The notes beneath the pieces were generated by a model. It was given only the letters and a program-made list of their open reading frames with translations. It did no database searches and was not told the DNA's origin. From Vicugna vicugna (taxonomy: Eukaryota), in NCBI GenBank assembly GCA_013265495.1, contig MU057930.1, forward strand, positions 629,599-693,598: a stretch of 64,000 nucleotides of DNA. Reading direction: 5' to 3'. Numbering within the stretch: the first letter of the stretch is position 1; each line of letters begins with the position of its first letter. Shown one piece after another: positions 14,285 to 28,224 of this stretch. The position numbers were made by a program, and so were the translations under genes.

Positions 14285-14773
14285 TGTTACTGACTCCAAG
14301 CTCCTACTTTTCACTGCCCGACAAGACAATAAATGGAGAGGCAGATTGTTGGGGCAACAAATAGCAACTTCATTCAGGAGGCCAGCAGGCCGAGATGATG
14401 GGGGACTCGTGTCCCAAAGAAGCGTCTTTCCCGAGTTAGGATTCAGGCTTCTTTTATACTAAAAGTGGAGAGAGTAGAGTCAAACATTTCCTGGTTGAGG
14501 CCAGACTCCAGAGGAGAGATGCTAATTTCTTCCTTCCTGCCATCATTCACAGGTGGACCTGGTCAGGATGCTTCCCGTGAGCTCAACAAAGGTATTTTAG
14601 CTTAGCGCTCTTTACCTAGGAGGCAGCGTTCCCAGAGATGGGCCATTATGTGTCATTTAAGCTTAAGGCAACATACCTTTAGTGATTAACTTGTAGCAAA
14701 AGCAACGGAATATGCAGGTTAAAGTCAAAGAAACAGATCCAATATGCAGTCAGATTTGTTCTTCCCTATTACA
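14285..14773 (-). mobile_element. ERV1-class solo LTR (MER41-like)
   Basis: TG...CA termini over 489 bp. The minus strand begins TGTAATAGGGAAGAACAAATCTGACT. TATAAAA at 14452-14458 and a degenerate poly(A) signal AATGAA at 14369-14374. Confidence 0.7.
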
Positions 14774-15671
14774 GAGCCATAATTCTTTAGACAATACAAC
14801 TTACAGTATAATAATTATATAATTATTATATATTATGCAATATAATAACTATATATAATTATATAATATATTGTATTATATGATTATATTATGTAGTTAT
14901 GTACAATGCATATAATGTATATTATGTCTATAATTATATAATATAATCATTACTCTATTATGTCTATAATTATAGGAATATAATTATCATTGAGTTATAT
15001 TTAAAATTCACAATTATAATTTCTATAATCCAAAATTTTTTGTTCAAGTAAAAATGAACCCGTCTAGAGACCCCCATATGTAGCCTGGAGAGTCTTATTT
15101 CCCCCAGAGACTACCGAGTTGTCACCACACCTCTCACCCACCTGCCCCCCCCGACCCCCACAAATACAGGAGATGTTTAGCCCCCTGCCCAGCCTCACCA
15201 CTCCCCGGGACTGATTTTCCTTCTGTTTCCTGTGTGCTGTACGTTTTCTCTCTCCTTGGGGGCTTCTTCCACTTGGATATCCATCTATTACATGAATTCG
15301 CAAGCCCAGAGCCAGGAGAGCATGGAGGGCAGGAGAGAAAGACACACCTGGGATCTGAATCCCGGTGTCTATGTTAGGAAACGCCTGTGAAGCATGGTCT
15401 GCCTCATTTAGTAAAGGAATTTGAGAGGTGTTGCCTGGCAACATGAGATGATCACAGTCCTTTAAAGGGAAGAGGGTAAATGTGAAAAAGTTTCAACAGG
15501 GAGACAGGGACTCCCCACAGCATTGCAGGTGTTCAGGAGGAAGGGTCGGGAGAGATGCCTCTTGGTGCAGACGATGAAGGGATTTTTGCAGTGAGGTCTG
15601 ATGTTCTGTGTGGGGGTGTCTACCCTCACAGGGTCACCAACACACACATGATTGTCTACAGCACACACAGC

Positions 15672-16180
15672 TTTTCTTTAAACTGAAGTATAACTGATTT
15701 CCAATATTGTGTTAGTTCCCGGTGGACAGCATAGTGATTCAGTTCTTCATATTCTAGCACTATAGTTTATTACAAGATACTGAATAGAGTTCCCTGTGCT
15801 ATACAGTAAGATGTGCTGCTTATTTTGTATATAGTAGTTTGTATCTGCTAATCCCAAACTCATTCCTCCCCACCCCGTTCCTTTTGATAACCATAAATTT
15901 GTTTTCTATGTCTGAGTCTTTTTCTGGTTTGTAAATTAAGTTTATTTATATCACTTTTTAGATTCCACATGTAAGTGATATCGTATGATATTTGTCTTTC
16001 TCTGTCTGACTTACTTCACTTACTATGATAATCTTCAGGTCCATTCATGTTGCTGCAAATGGCTTTTCATTCTTTTTTATGGCTGAGTAATATTCCATTG
16101 TCTATACATATCACATCTTTATCCAGTCATCCAACAATGGACACTTCGTTTGCTCCCATGTCTTGTCTATTTTAAGTAGT
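15672..16180 (-). mobile_element. L1 3' end
   Basis: GTTCCCTGTGCTATACAGTA, TTAGATTCCACAT and CATGTTGCTGCAAATGGC. Confidence 0.88.
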
Positions 16181-16631
16181 ATATAATACACGCAGCTTTG
16201 ACTGAGAAGGAATGGTGAGGCTTGAGGAATGTGGAGACTGGGTCTCTGTCCACAGAATACAAGGAAGAGGGAAAGAGTGGTGGAGATAAAAGAAGGGATT
16301 TCAGGAAGATGGGCTTTGGAGCATATAAGACCCATTTCTGCCCATCTGCATCTCCAGATACCCCCAGAAATGCTGGGAAGACACAAAATTCCTCTTGCAA
16401 TGGAATTATACTTGAGTTCTTTCATTTGGGATTCCAGGGGAAAGGTGACCTCCAATGTTTTTAGAGCTCAAGGCACTCAGACGAAACGTGTCACTGTCTG
16501 TCTGGTGAAATTCCTTCTTACGCTCCGCAGATGGCTCAAACAGGCCCGCAAGTGTTCTGCAAGACTCTCAGAATCCTACTTGTCTCTTTGGCCACTTCCC
16601 TGTCTCACACCATCTTGCTTCCTCCTCCATC

Positions 16632-16858
16632 AACCATTCTCAGTGGGAGCGATGGTGGCCCCCTCCCTTCCAGAGGACAACAGGCAATGTCTGGAGACAC
16701 TTTTGGTTGTCTCACTGAGGTTCTGGGGATGCTCTGGGCATCTCTTGGGGGGAGACCAGGGATGCTGCTCAACACCCTACACTGCCCAGGACAGTTTCCT
16801 CCAACAAAGAATTATCCTGCCCCCAAATGTTAGGGGTTCCAAGGTGGAGACACCTTGA
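16632..16858 (+). mobile_element. MER20
   Basis: GGCAATGTCTGGAGACACTTTTGGTTGTC...CAGGGATGCTGCT...CAACAAAGAATTATC. Confidence 0.8.
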
Positions 16859-17229
16859 ACTAAACCTCCCATGTTATTTCAACATCCAACCTCTTTTCTG
16901 CCTCATTCCTAGGTGTTTACCTGGTTAGATTCTAGTTATTCACATATTTCTGAGGTTCTTGTTACTTGGACCTCAGTACCAAGAGCTGAGTTACCATCTT
17001 TACTCACAGTCGCCGTCACCCATAACGAGACTCTTCCCGTGTTAACGTGTGTCCTCTCCTTGCACCGGGCTCCAGCTCTCCATCCCCAGCCCCCACATCC
17101 CCCATTGCAATCTGCCTGACATATGTCCCCAGTGATGCCTGTGGCTTGTCAGTTCCATCACGATGCCTTGTGAGTATGTGTTTTTCATTTATATCAATAG
17201 TATACTGCTGTAAATCTCGCTCTCTTTCC

Positions 17230-18520
17230 TGAACGTCTTTCACTCAACAACATGCTTTTAAGACCTAATCATGAAGCTGAATCTCCAACTCTTGTGCTGT
17301 GCATCTGCCTGTAGCAGGCACCGACCACATTTCACAAGCTTTATGTGGTGATGGCCACCGAGGGCAGGCTTGAGTTCGCTCGGGCACATGATAGATACAT
17401 CCTGGACGTGAGACCTTACACACTTCTGTAAGAATTTCTCTGGGATGTAAACCTGCAAGGGCTATGGCTGGGTCATGAGATGTCCACTTCTTTCGTGCAG
17501 ATCTAAAGTCTGGCCAGGACGCTCTTAAGAATGGCAGCTACCATGTTGACTGTCACCATCAGGGTAGAGAAGTTCCCATCTTCTCATGCTCTTGGAAACG
17601 CCACGTGTATTTCCCATTCACGGAGCTTGCAATACGAACACACACAAAAATGTGTCTCACTGTTGCATTAATTTGCAATCCTCAGATCCTTAACTCATTA
17701 TTTGCTAGGGCTCATTCTTCTGTGCATTGCCTCTTTCCATACATTGGCTGTTTTCTATTTTTCTATAGAATTTCCAGTGGTTCTTTTTCCCCCGTTAATT
17801 TGCAGAAGTCCCATCTATAGTCTAGAAGAGAATCTGTGTTCTAGAATATTTGGATGTTACTGGCATCTCTCAACCATCCACTAAACTTTGTCTCTGATGT
17901 CCTTCACAGAAAGTCCTAATTTTGACAGAGTGGAATTTCTCTATTTTTCACTCGTGATCTGTGCTCCTAGGATCTTGTTGGAGAAATAAATCTCTGCCCA
18001 CTCTTAGGCCAGGAAGATATCCTCCTTCATTTTCTTTGATTGGCTTTATCCTTTGACCATTACTATTTAAGTCTTTAATCCCTTTGGAGATCATCTTTGT
18101 AGGTGGTGATAAGGTGTGGACCCAGCCCCACTTTCCAAGTGAATTCATTTCCCAACACCATCTTCTCAACAACTCACCTTTTTCCTCATGAATGTGTGAT
18201 GTCCCATGTCTCACACATGAAAAACCCTTATTAAGAATGTGCTAATTTCAGGGAAACACCACCCTGTTCCATTTTTACTTTGCCAGCTTCTCCAACAGAA
18301 CCACTGGAGTTCTTGGTGCTTTGGCATTTGAGTACAATATTTCTGGGACCCATTTCCACTCCGAGTCCCCACACCATGACAGCCATAGTGTTTTTTTTTT
18401 TCAGATGTATTTTTCTTGTGTATCTTTTAGAACCAGTCTAACAACTGTTCAAAAACTAGAATATTAATCAGTAGCATAATGAATTATACATTAGCTTAAG
18501 AGAGAATGCTCTTGTTTATT
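17230..18520 (-). mobile_element. Old, degenerate L1 (L1M-type) ORF2 remnant
   Basis: Weak antisense ORF2 similarity, for example ORF 17948..18214 (RRWCWE...SKGIKDLN). Confidence 0.55.
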
Positions 18521-21211
18521 GTGGCCTGGGATCCCACAAAAGGAGAACATGAGATAAAAGCTGTGTGCAGGTAAGTTACTGGAGATGTGATCCTAGGGGG
18601 GCAGAAGTGAAGAATGGGGAGGGATAATGGGAAGGAGAAAGTTTCAACATAAGGATGTCTTCATATCTGTCTGCCCATCACCATGAGTCTTTGGGGTCTC
18701 TCTACGGTGGGACATCCTGCGGAACTTCTTGGTTTCTGCCATTAACTGTACTGTTTTCTTCTAAGTTCGGCTATGACCTCTTTCTAAAGCCTTTCTTGCC
18801 TGTCACCCCAACCTTACCTGGTCTCTTGTATGACGCTTGAGTGGTAGCATACACATAACCCACCCCAGGAGTGGGAGTTGGGTGGTTTTGACTCTTCCCC
18901 TGCTTCCTTGCAGAAGCTTCATTACAGGGCACATGCCAACAGTGTTCCATGAACATCCTGAGGCCGCCCTCTTCTCCAACAAAGCAAGTCCTGCTCCTCT
19001 AGTCAAGGAAGAACATCACTGAAGTCATCAGTCCCCTTCCACCACCCAAGTGTCAATCCACTCTCACTTCTCTTTCTTCCGAGATGTCTCGTTAATTAAT
19101 ATTGAGTGTCTTGAGCTGAAATTTTGCTGGACCACAACGGTTGTATTCCCACATGGACGAGAGCCTTTCACACTATTTTGTACTGTAGGACCACACACAC
19201 ACATACACACACACACACGCACATGGAATGAAATATACAAGACATGCCTGGTAACTAAAATAGGAATTGAACCTTTCATTAGTTTTTTAAACCTTTTTGA
19301 AACTATACCATCTCTTCCATCAATATAGGAACCTAAGGTGTGCTCTCTGACGCTATATATTTCAAAAAAGGGAAAAGCTGTAATATTATTATCTTCCTCT
19401 CACAATAGAGGTTTTCGATAGTGCATATTTTAGGTACCCATGACCACCATGGCATCATCTAAGATCAGAAAAAGAAGGAGGAGAAAGAGACAGGCCACAA
19501 TAGAAAGCAGGGTCCACTAAATTAGGGCAGGGGCAACCTCCCACCCCCTCAGGCCACATGTCCTCCTCTGTGTGACTCGGTCCTGCCCATCGCTCCGTCT
19601 CAAGCACCCGAGACCATCTGGTCATCTCTTAATGACCCTCCATCTTCTTTCCTCCTTGATCTCCTGGTAATTTGCTTCTATTCTGCGGCTCATGGCCCCA
19701 GATGGAAATAAAGTATCATAAATAAAGACTCTAAAACCCAGGGTGAGCACCCTCTGGTCTAGAACCAGCAAAGGGACGATGGACACCGTTACTACTGGTT
19801 CAGACTCCCTTTCTGTTCATTAAGACCACGTTTGTGTTCAGAGCCGTGAGGTGCAAATGTCTCCATGGTAGGGTGTCTGTGTAAGAGGAGACAGGGCAGC
19901 CATGCAACCCTCTCCAGTCCCACGAGCCTGACATGTTGTTTCAGGGCATACAATGCTCCAGAAAAGCAACACAGGTCTCATCAGCTGAAGGGCTTTGTAT
20001 GAGATGGAGTCTACCCCTGGACAAAAGGTTCTGGTGTCCTAATCCACAAAGGGAAGCTCTCCATGTGGTTACACAAACTTCCCCTTAGCAAATCTATCCA
20101 ACCCTTCCTTCCGTCCATCCCAGCATCCTCGAATTCCATCATTCCACCATCAACACGTCAACCAGACACTGAATACGTCTCATCGATATCCACTATTTTT
20201 AAGAGCAGGAACACAGGCAACAGACAATGGGAAGAGACAGGCTGTGGCTTGCCTTGTCTCTTTTCCAAAATTGCAACAAAAATTTGGTTGTCCCCAAAGT
20301 CCCAAGGATGTATCCACAGCGTAGGAACCAGTGCTCAGTGTGTCTACTGTGTCTGCATCCATTGTGCTAGGCCCTGGTTTCAACGAAAAACAACTTTAAA
20401 GTTAGAACGTCTTTTCCATGATGGCCTTCACCCTTCAATTCAACATAGACTTTTGCATTCCAGGTCATTGTTTTACAAAAATAGAAAAGTCACAGACGAC
20501 GGCAAGCCATTGAATGGATTAACTCAAAATGTTTTCCTTTGCCCGGAGAAGTTAAGACTCCACCTGTCTAAATATTTGATGAGCAGGAAAAAACTGTTTC
20601 CTTATTACGATAAAGCCTTTAAGACAGTAGGAAGGAGAATCCAGTGTTTATTTTTTCAACATGAAATAATATTTAAATCCACTGCAATGGCAGGAGGAGA
20701 TGTGAAGATCTAACTTGGTAGGGGGAGCTACGACCCTTTTACTAAAATTGCACAGATGTACTTGCTGGTAGGTACTCTACATAATGCTGAAATCATTTAG
20801 GGTTTTTAATGTGCACGGCTGTAGACCTGCAGAGAACGTGTTTGGTGAACAATGGACTCTGGCACAAACATATATATATGTATTTTTTTTTCTCCCCAGC
20901 ATGACGAGCATTGCCAACATTGGGATAAATGCCAACCGACAGAAGAGTATTTCCTGGTTAGCAAAGGACCATGAGGGCGTCCAGAGCGGAGGTCCAGGTG
21001 GTGTCATTCTCCAAGCTATTTTGAAACCCAGTTGCTTTTTTCTGCCAATCCCTTCTTTTCAGTGAATGTGAGGCTTGTTCCCTTATGTGTGAAGGTTTGT
21101 TCTCTTTAAGTCGGTCCTATTTAGACTCCTTTCTGAGTGAAAGCATATGGAGCTCCCGAGATGAGTATCCGTTTGCCACAAGCAATTTGCAACAGTGACC
21201 TTTACGGGTGG

Positions 21212-21462
21212 GCTGCTGGGTTTAGCAAACAAAATTACTGGATCCCCACTAGGGTAAGTATGTCCCAAATACCAAGACACTTATCACCAGCGACGTTTAC
21301 CAGTTAAATCTTAATTTGGGGGTACATAATGAATCACTTGTTAGTACGTATAACTAGGTCCCATGTGAATTCAAGACATACGTTTATGCTTTAAAAAACT
21401 ATTCACTATTTATGCCCAATTCCAATGTAGCTGGGCTTCCTGTGTTTTGCTTGGAAACCCTA
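21212..21462. mobile_element. MER53-like (hAT-Blackjack) palindromic MITE
   Basis: TTTAGCAAACAAAA, AAGTATGTCCCAAATA, CCAGTTAAAT and ...CTGGGCTTCCTGTGTTTTGCTTGGAAACCCTA. Confidence 0.6.
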
Positions 21463-21786
21463 CTGTTATGAGTTAAAGCTACACTTTCTTTTTTTTTTTT
21501 TGGGGTAAGTAGCAGATGTTACTATAATAAAACCATTTCGGTCTTGGGGAAATAGTTAATCCTCATTCTCTTGGAAGCTTTCGAAAGCCAGGATATTGTC
21601 TAAACTCTCCCTTCACTCTCTAACAGCGATAATTTGCAAAGTTGGGGAGGGTGGTGATTTGCAGCACTGGATGCCCATGGAAATCACTTGTAACTAAATA
21701 TCAGACCATCCCACTGGGAAGTACCACCTGCAGCCGTTTAAATTCCCTGAGTGAGAGAGGAGAGAACAAATGAAAATAAATCTTAC

Positions 21787-22335
21787 AAATTTGTTTTTTT
21801 GTTTTGCTTTGTTTTGTTTGTTTTTTAGATTCTGTTCACGAACTGAACACAGACTCACAGACATAGAAAAAAAACTATGGTTACTAAAGGGGAAAGGGTG
21901 GGGGAGGGATAAATTAGGGGTTGAGGCTTAACAGAAACACATTACTGTATATAAAAGAGAAAAACAACAAGGCCTACTGCACAGCACGGGGAACTCTATT
22001 CAATTTCTTGTAATGACCTATAATGGAAAAGAATCTGAAAAGAAAATAAATGTGTCTGTATATGTATAACTGAATCACTTTGCTGTACATCTGCAACTCA
22101 CACTTTAACTCAACTACACTTCAATAAAAAAGAAAAAAATAAGAGCCATCAGGAAGACAAGTGTATAGCATACAGCACAGGGAACTATATTCAATATCTT
22201 GTAGTAACTTATGTTGAAAAAGAAAACGAAAATGAATAGACGTATGTTCACAGTCAAGCATTGTGCTGTGCACCAGAAAGTAACACAACATTGTAAACTG
22301 ACTATACCTCAATAAAATCTTTTTTCAAAAAAGAG
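21787..22335 (+). mobile_element. L1 3' UTR (possibly with a short 5' inversion) plus a second stacked L1 tail at about 22155-22335
   Basis: ACAGACTCACAGACATAG...poly(A), followed by a repeat of the CAGCACAGGGAACTATATTCAATATC block. Confidence 0.85.
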
Positions 22336-22974
22336 ACATTAGGAAAACCAAAAATAGATAAATAAATCTACGTTGCAAGGCCTCCAATGGCTGGCCCAAA
22401 GTCTGCACAGAAGCGATGCCCTGCACCCCTGACACGTCCCTTCCTGAGACATCCAGGCCCCTGGTCCCACCAGCAATCTCTCCCCAAGTTGTCTAAGCAG
22501 GTCCCAGGAAAGAAAGCAAGACTGTGAGCATCATGGTGTTCTATCACAGAAAGATAAGCTGGTCCTGGGTTCATGCAGACCCAAGTGAATCCCATCCTCA
22601 CCCTCTGAAACTCGGCAGGTCACTTCCGTCCTCTATCCTGATACAGGGAACCATCTGACTCACAGCACTGTCATGTAGGTCCAATCACTTACAGGGACGG
22701 TGAGCCTGAGTACCAGTTTTCTCAACAGGTGTGAAGGGCTCCTGCCCTTGCTGGGGGTGAGTCGGGGGTGGGCGCTGGTTAATGAGGATGGACAAGACAG
22801 GCAGAACTCCTGGTTGGGAACATGAGCATTGTTAAGGCTTTGGAGTGTGGAAGACATTCTAGGTTCTAGCTAGCTTGGTGACCTGAGCTATATTCATAGA
22901 GTAATCTCGAAAACACGCCCAGTAACCAGCCCCTATGTGAGGGGCCTGAGGGATGATGCAAGAATGACAAAGTT

Positions 22975-24760
22975 AGGAAAAACTAAGAACGGAGTTACTC
23001 TATAATCTGCAATCCCATTCCTGGGCATAGAGCTGGAGGAAACTCTGATTTGAAAAGACACCTGCACCCCAATGTTCACAGCAGCACTATATACAATAGC
23101 CAAGACATGGAAGCAACCTAAATGTCCATCAACAGATGACTGGATAAAGAAGATGTGGTCTATTTATACAATGGAATACTACTCAGCCATGAAAAAGAAT
23201 GAAATAATGCCATTTGCAGCAACATGGATGTCCCTGGAGAATGTCATTCTAAGTGAAGTAAGCCAGAAAGAGAAAGAAAAATATCATGTGAGATCACTCA
23301 TATGTGGAATGTTAAAAAAAAAAAAAGAACATAAATACAAAACAGAAACAGACNNNNNNNNNNNNNNNNNNNNNNNNNNNNNNNNNNNNNNNNNNNNNNN
23401 NNNNAAAGGGACAGGATTTTAAAATGTAGATTAGATAAACAAGACTATACTGTATAGCACAGGGAAATATATACAAGATCCTGTGGTAACTCATAGAGAA
23501 AAAAAATGACAATGAATATATTTAGGTTCATGTATAACTGAAAAATTGAGCTCTACACTAGAATTTGACACAACATTGTAAAATGACTATTACTCAATTA
23601 AAAAATGTTAAAAAAATAATAGAATAGAATAAAATAATAGGTGGGAAAATTCTGAAGTGCATTCATATTTAGGGTCTACTGAAAATAAGTTATATGTACA
23701 GCTATTGGTATGGAAGTATATCAGTGATGCATTACTGAGTGAGAAAGGATATTTGTAATTTGCATGATGTAATCTCACTTTTTATAAAAAGACACAGCCG
23801 AAACAAACAAACAAACAAAAAAAGAAGCTGCGGTATATTTATACAATGGAATACTATTTGGCCATAAAAATGACAACATAATGCCATTTGCAGCAACATG
23901 GATATCCCTGCAGGATGTCATTCTAAGTGAAGTTAGCCAGAAAGAGAAAGAAAAATACCGTACGAGATTGCTCATATGTGGAATCTAAAACAACAACAGA
24001 AAAGAAGGCAAATGAATTTAAACATAAAATAGAAACAGACTCACAGACATAGAATACAAACTTGTGGTTGTCAGGGGGGAGAGGGGTGGGAAGGGACAGA
24101 CTGAAGGTTCAAGATTTATAGATACTGACAGGTATATATAGAATAGACAAACAAGTGTATACTGTATAGCACAGGGAAATATATTCAAGATCTCGTAGTA
24201 GCTCACAAAGAAAAAGAATATGAAAATACATATTTGTGTATTCATGTATGACTGAAAAATTGTGCTGTACACCAGAAATTGACACAACATTGTAAACTGA
24301 CTATAACTCAAAAAAAAATTTAAAGATTTGGGGGCTTGTAAAAAAAAAAAAAAAGACAACGATGATGTGGTATATTTATACAATGGAATACTACTCAGCC
24401 ATGAAAAAGAATGAAATAATGCCATTTGCAGCAACATGGATGTACTTGGCAGGCATTATTCTAAGTGAAGTAAGACAGAGAAAGACAAACACCATATGAT
24501 ATCACTTATATATGGAATCTAAAAAACAAAACAAACAAGTGAATGTAATAAAAAAAAAAAAGAAGCAGACTCACAGATCTAGAGAACAAACCAATGAGGA
24601 GAGGGAAGGTGGCAGGGGGCACCATGGGGCAGAGGATTAAGAGGTATAAACTATTATGTATAAAATAAATAAGCTACCAGGATACATTGTACAGCACAGG
24701 GAGTAGAGCCAGGATTTTATAATAACTATAAATAGAGCATAATGTTAAAAAAAAAAAAGG
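22975..24760 (+). mobile_element. Three tandem 5'-truncated L1 3' ends (about 22975-23620, 23820-24350 and 24360-24760); assembly gap at 23354-23404
   Basis: ACAATGGAATACTA...GCCATTTGCAGCAACATGGAT occurs three times, each followed by a 3' UTR and an A-tail. Confidence 0.9.
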
Positions 24761-25854
24761 CTTAACGACCAGTTTCCTAATGAGAGAGACTGTGGCCCAA
24801 TTAAATGCTGAGAGTCCTACATTTCAGTCAAGTTCTCCAGGTAACTCAGAAAATAACTGTCAAAGTGATGTTACACTTTTTTTTTTTTACACCTAAACAG
24901 TGTGTTGTCCTTATCTGCATGAAGCAGGGAATTCAGAATACATTCGAGCACAAACCAATGTCGATGTTGAAACTCAAATCTGGGTTGGGTGGCCCAAGCA
25001 GTGTGAAAGTAAAAACACATCTTTTCAACACATGAGTGAAGACTTGGAACGGAATGAAAATGAATTTCAGAAATACATGTTGCCTTGGAGTCCCACAACT
25101 TTCTGAAGTAAATTAAAACATATGAGTTCATCAGAAGATGCCACAGCCACCACATTATAACCCCAAAATAGATCCTAAAGCGATCTGGCATGAAGCAATT
25201 TATGAAATAATGAGCAGACTTCAGATCTGATAACCCCATTTAAAAAAAAAAAGAAACCATAAAAACCTGTAATAATAATAATTATTCTCCCTTTCACGGG
25301 CCAAAGTCAGAATGGAGTCGTTCCTGATAATCTGTAATTTCCTGGTTACGGAGCAGAATGCTGCAAAACTTATACCCTTGCTTGGAACCTGCAATTATTT
25401 CGGCTGAATTTTTAAATAATAGTAATTTTCCAATTATTCTGATTTAAGGGGAGGCCTACGCATATTTTGAAGGATTGTAATTTATCTCCTTTTCAATTAT
25501 TTCCTTAAGCACGCATGATTATAATGCCCAACACATGTCTGTACGTACCACCCTCCCCGACTTTGGTGATGACTGGCTATAAAAGTAAGTATTGACACTA
25601 ACTCTGCTAAGACCAAACGAACAGTCAACTTGAATTCATGTGACATTTCCAGAACGCACAAGGTGTTCACTGCACCAGGCAGGGGCCACGCAGATGAAAA
25701 GAATTTGGTATCGTCTCATATAAAGTTTTCCATCTAAGACGAAGACCTATCAACGCAACTTGAGACAGCTTGGTACGATTTTGGACAGGGAGGTGTGGAA
25801 GGTAAGAGGCTGTCTCAAGGCAAAGAGAGAATTCATCAAGGAACACTGCGTGGT

Positions 25855-26575
25855 CAAAAACCGGGCAGAGGACCTAAACAGACATTTCTCCAAAGAAGAC
25901 GTACAGGTGGCCAACAGGCACATGAAAAGATGCTCAGCACCACTAATTATCCGAGAAAAGCAAATCAAAAGTACAATGAGGTGTCACCTCACACCAGGCA
26001 GAATGGCCATCATTCAAAAGTCCACAAACGACAAATGCTGGAGAGGCTGTGGACAAAAGGGGACCCTCCTACACTGCTGGTGGGAATGCAGTCTGGTGCA
26101 GTCACTGTGGAGAACAGTATGGAGATTCCTCAAAAGACTAGGAACAGACTTACCATATGACCCAGGAATCCCGCTCCTGGGTATATGTACAGAGGAAACT
26201 CTTAATTTAAAAAGACACCTGCACCCCAGTGTTCACAGCAGGACTATTTACAGTAGCCAAGACATGGAAACAACCTAAATGTCCATCAACAGATGACTGG
26301 ATAAAGAAGATGTGGTATAATTTATGCAATGGAATATTATTCAGCCATAAAAATGACAACATAATGCCATTAGCAGCAATGTGGATGGAGCTGGAGATCA
26401 TCATTCTAAGTAAAGTCAGAAAGAGAGAGAAAAATACCATATGTTATCACTTATATGTCGGATCTAAAAAAAGGACACGAATGAACTTATTTATAAAACA
26501 GAAACAGACTCACAGACAGAAAACAAACTTACAGTCACCAAAGAGGAAAGGGTGGGGAAGGATTAAAAAAAAGTG
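25855..26575 (+). mobile_element. 5'-truncated L1 (ORF2 C-terminal cysteine-rich region)
   Basis: ORF 25760..26278: [14 protein letters not shown]...HMKRCS...CWRGC...TLLHCWWEC...LPYDP. Confidence 0.93.
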
Positions 26576-28224
26576 TTTCTTAAAACCCTGAGGTAGACCC
26601 AAGAGTGAGACACGGTTGCAATCTTGTGGGTCCCTCCTAGCATTAAAAAAGGTAATTTGAAATAAAAAAGGGCTCCTCCATGAATAAAGCCCTATGAAGG
26701 AATGCCATCCTCCCACCATTCATTTTGTAAATGTTACAACTGTCTAGGACAACTTGAGTTTCAGGCATGTGTGTGTCTGTATGTGTGTGCGTATGTGTGC
26801 ACATGTGTGTGGGTGGGTGGGTGAGGCAGAGACAGGGAGAGAATTCTGGATGGTTTGCTTAATTTTGCCAACTAGGTTACCACGGCCACAGGAAAAGTTT
26901 GGAAAACATAACGTCGAGGACCTGTGGTAAGGCCCCACTTCTTTGCAAGACTACATTCTGAACGTGGCATAAATTCCCCCCTGACATATCAGCAGGGGCT
27001 TCTTCCCGGAGGGTTAGGAGGGAAAGTCAACAGATCCCAGGGAAGAGACAAGGATCTGAACATCCGTCCACCACGAAGCGGAGAGTTCTCGTGCATGAGG
27101 ACGTCCTTTGCACTAGGACAATTGTTCCCCTGCTTGCCTTCCAGGGACGTGGGTCAAGCTTCCCCAGTTTGACGAAAATGAGGACAGTGAAAAAAATTCC
27201 GATCTCACTGGGCCAAAGGAACCTTTGTTCCTTCCCACTTTCTGGAATGACATCACTTGAAACACGTTGCCTTGTGTGGGTTTTTTTTCCCCCACCTCCC
27301 GTTTTCTAAGGCACTGGTTTTAAGCAGTCTGCACACAAATTCTGACTCATGATGGAGAATCACAGTCCGGCCAGCGGCTTTCCGAGACACTGTCCCCGAG
27401 GGGACTGTAAAAGCTGACTTTGCAGTGGGCTCCAAGCCAGACCTTTATAGCCAGATACCGAAGCCGGAGTCTCCTCTCCGAGATGTCCTTGAGAACGGGA
27501 AATGTTTGGGGATGAAATCTTGAGACGCAGCCCCCACGGTGGGTGCCAGGGGTGTGCGGGGGAGGGAGGGAGGAGGGGAGGAGGGGGTCACTCACTGTTC
27601 GACAGGTGTGAAGCTTCCGTGATGTGAGATCAATACGTCCTCACCGCCCGCCCTACAGGTGGTGCCATAATCAACGCTATACTTTGTGCTTACCATTCTA
27701 TGAAGGGTGGGTTGCATGTGGGTGGGTCATAATTTTTCTTTTTGTTCAAGTTTAGCTTTTTAAAACTCGAAGCTGCACAGGTTTATAAAACGGTCTCTTG
27801 CTTGTATTTCTGGAAGGTCCCTTGCCTGTGAAAATAAATTTGACTCTCAAATTTTGAGAGTCAAAATAAATGTGACTCTCAAAGGGGTTCAAGCAGCTTA
27901 TGGTTTTCTGCCTTAAGAGGAAACAAAATGTCACATCCTCAATGCTCTCATCAAGACAGTCCTTGGAGGTCTTGAGCATCGGACGGTTGACCCAACATCC
28001 AATGTTTTCATCAGAATATAGAGAATCCAGAATTTGTCTCTTCAGTGAGCCTCCAAATATTTTCACGATTGAAATGTCACAGGGTGACTGGGGTGAGCAG
28101 GCCTTCCAATGAGTTTAAATCTCAGCTCCAAGACGTATTAACTGTGAGATCTCATGGGAATACCTCAGCTTCCCTTGGCTTCAGTTTCGGTACCTTCAAA
28201 GGGGGGCAGTTATCTTAGTTTGCG

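Noticed and set aside
20063..20713. 216-aa plus-strand ORF
   Set aside because: No recognisable domain, codon bias or supporting exons. Treated as a chance ORF; a BLASTP or PhyloCSF check would settle it.
25760..26591. ORFs resembling a reverse-transcriptase C-terminus (also at 3371 and 23072)
   Set aside because: Truncated, frameshifted L1 ORF2 ends, not host genes or active elements.
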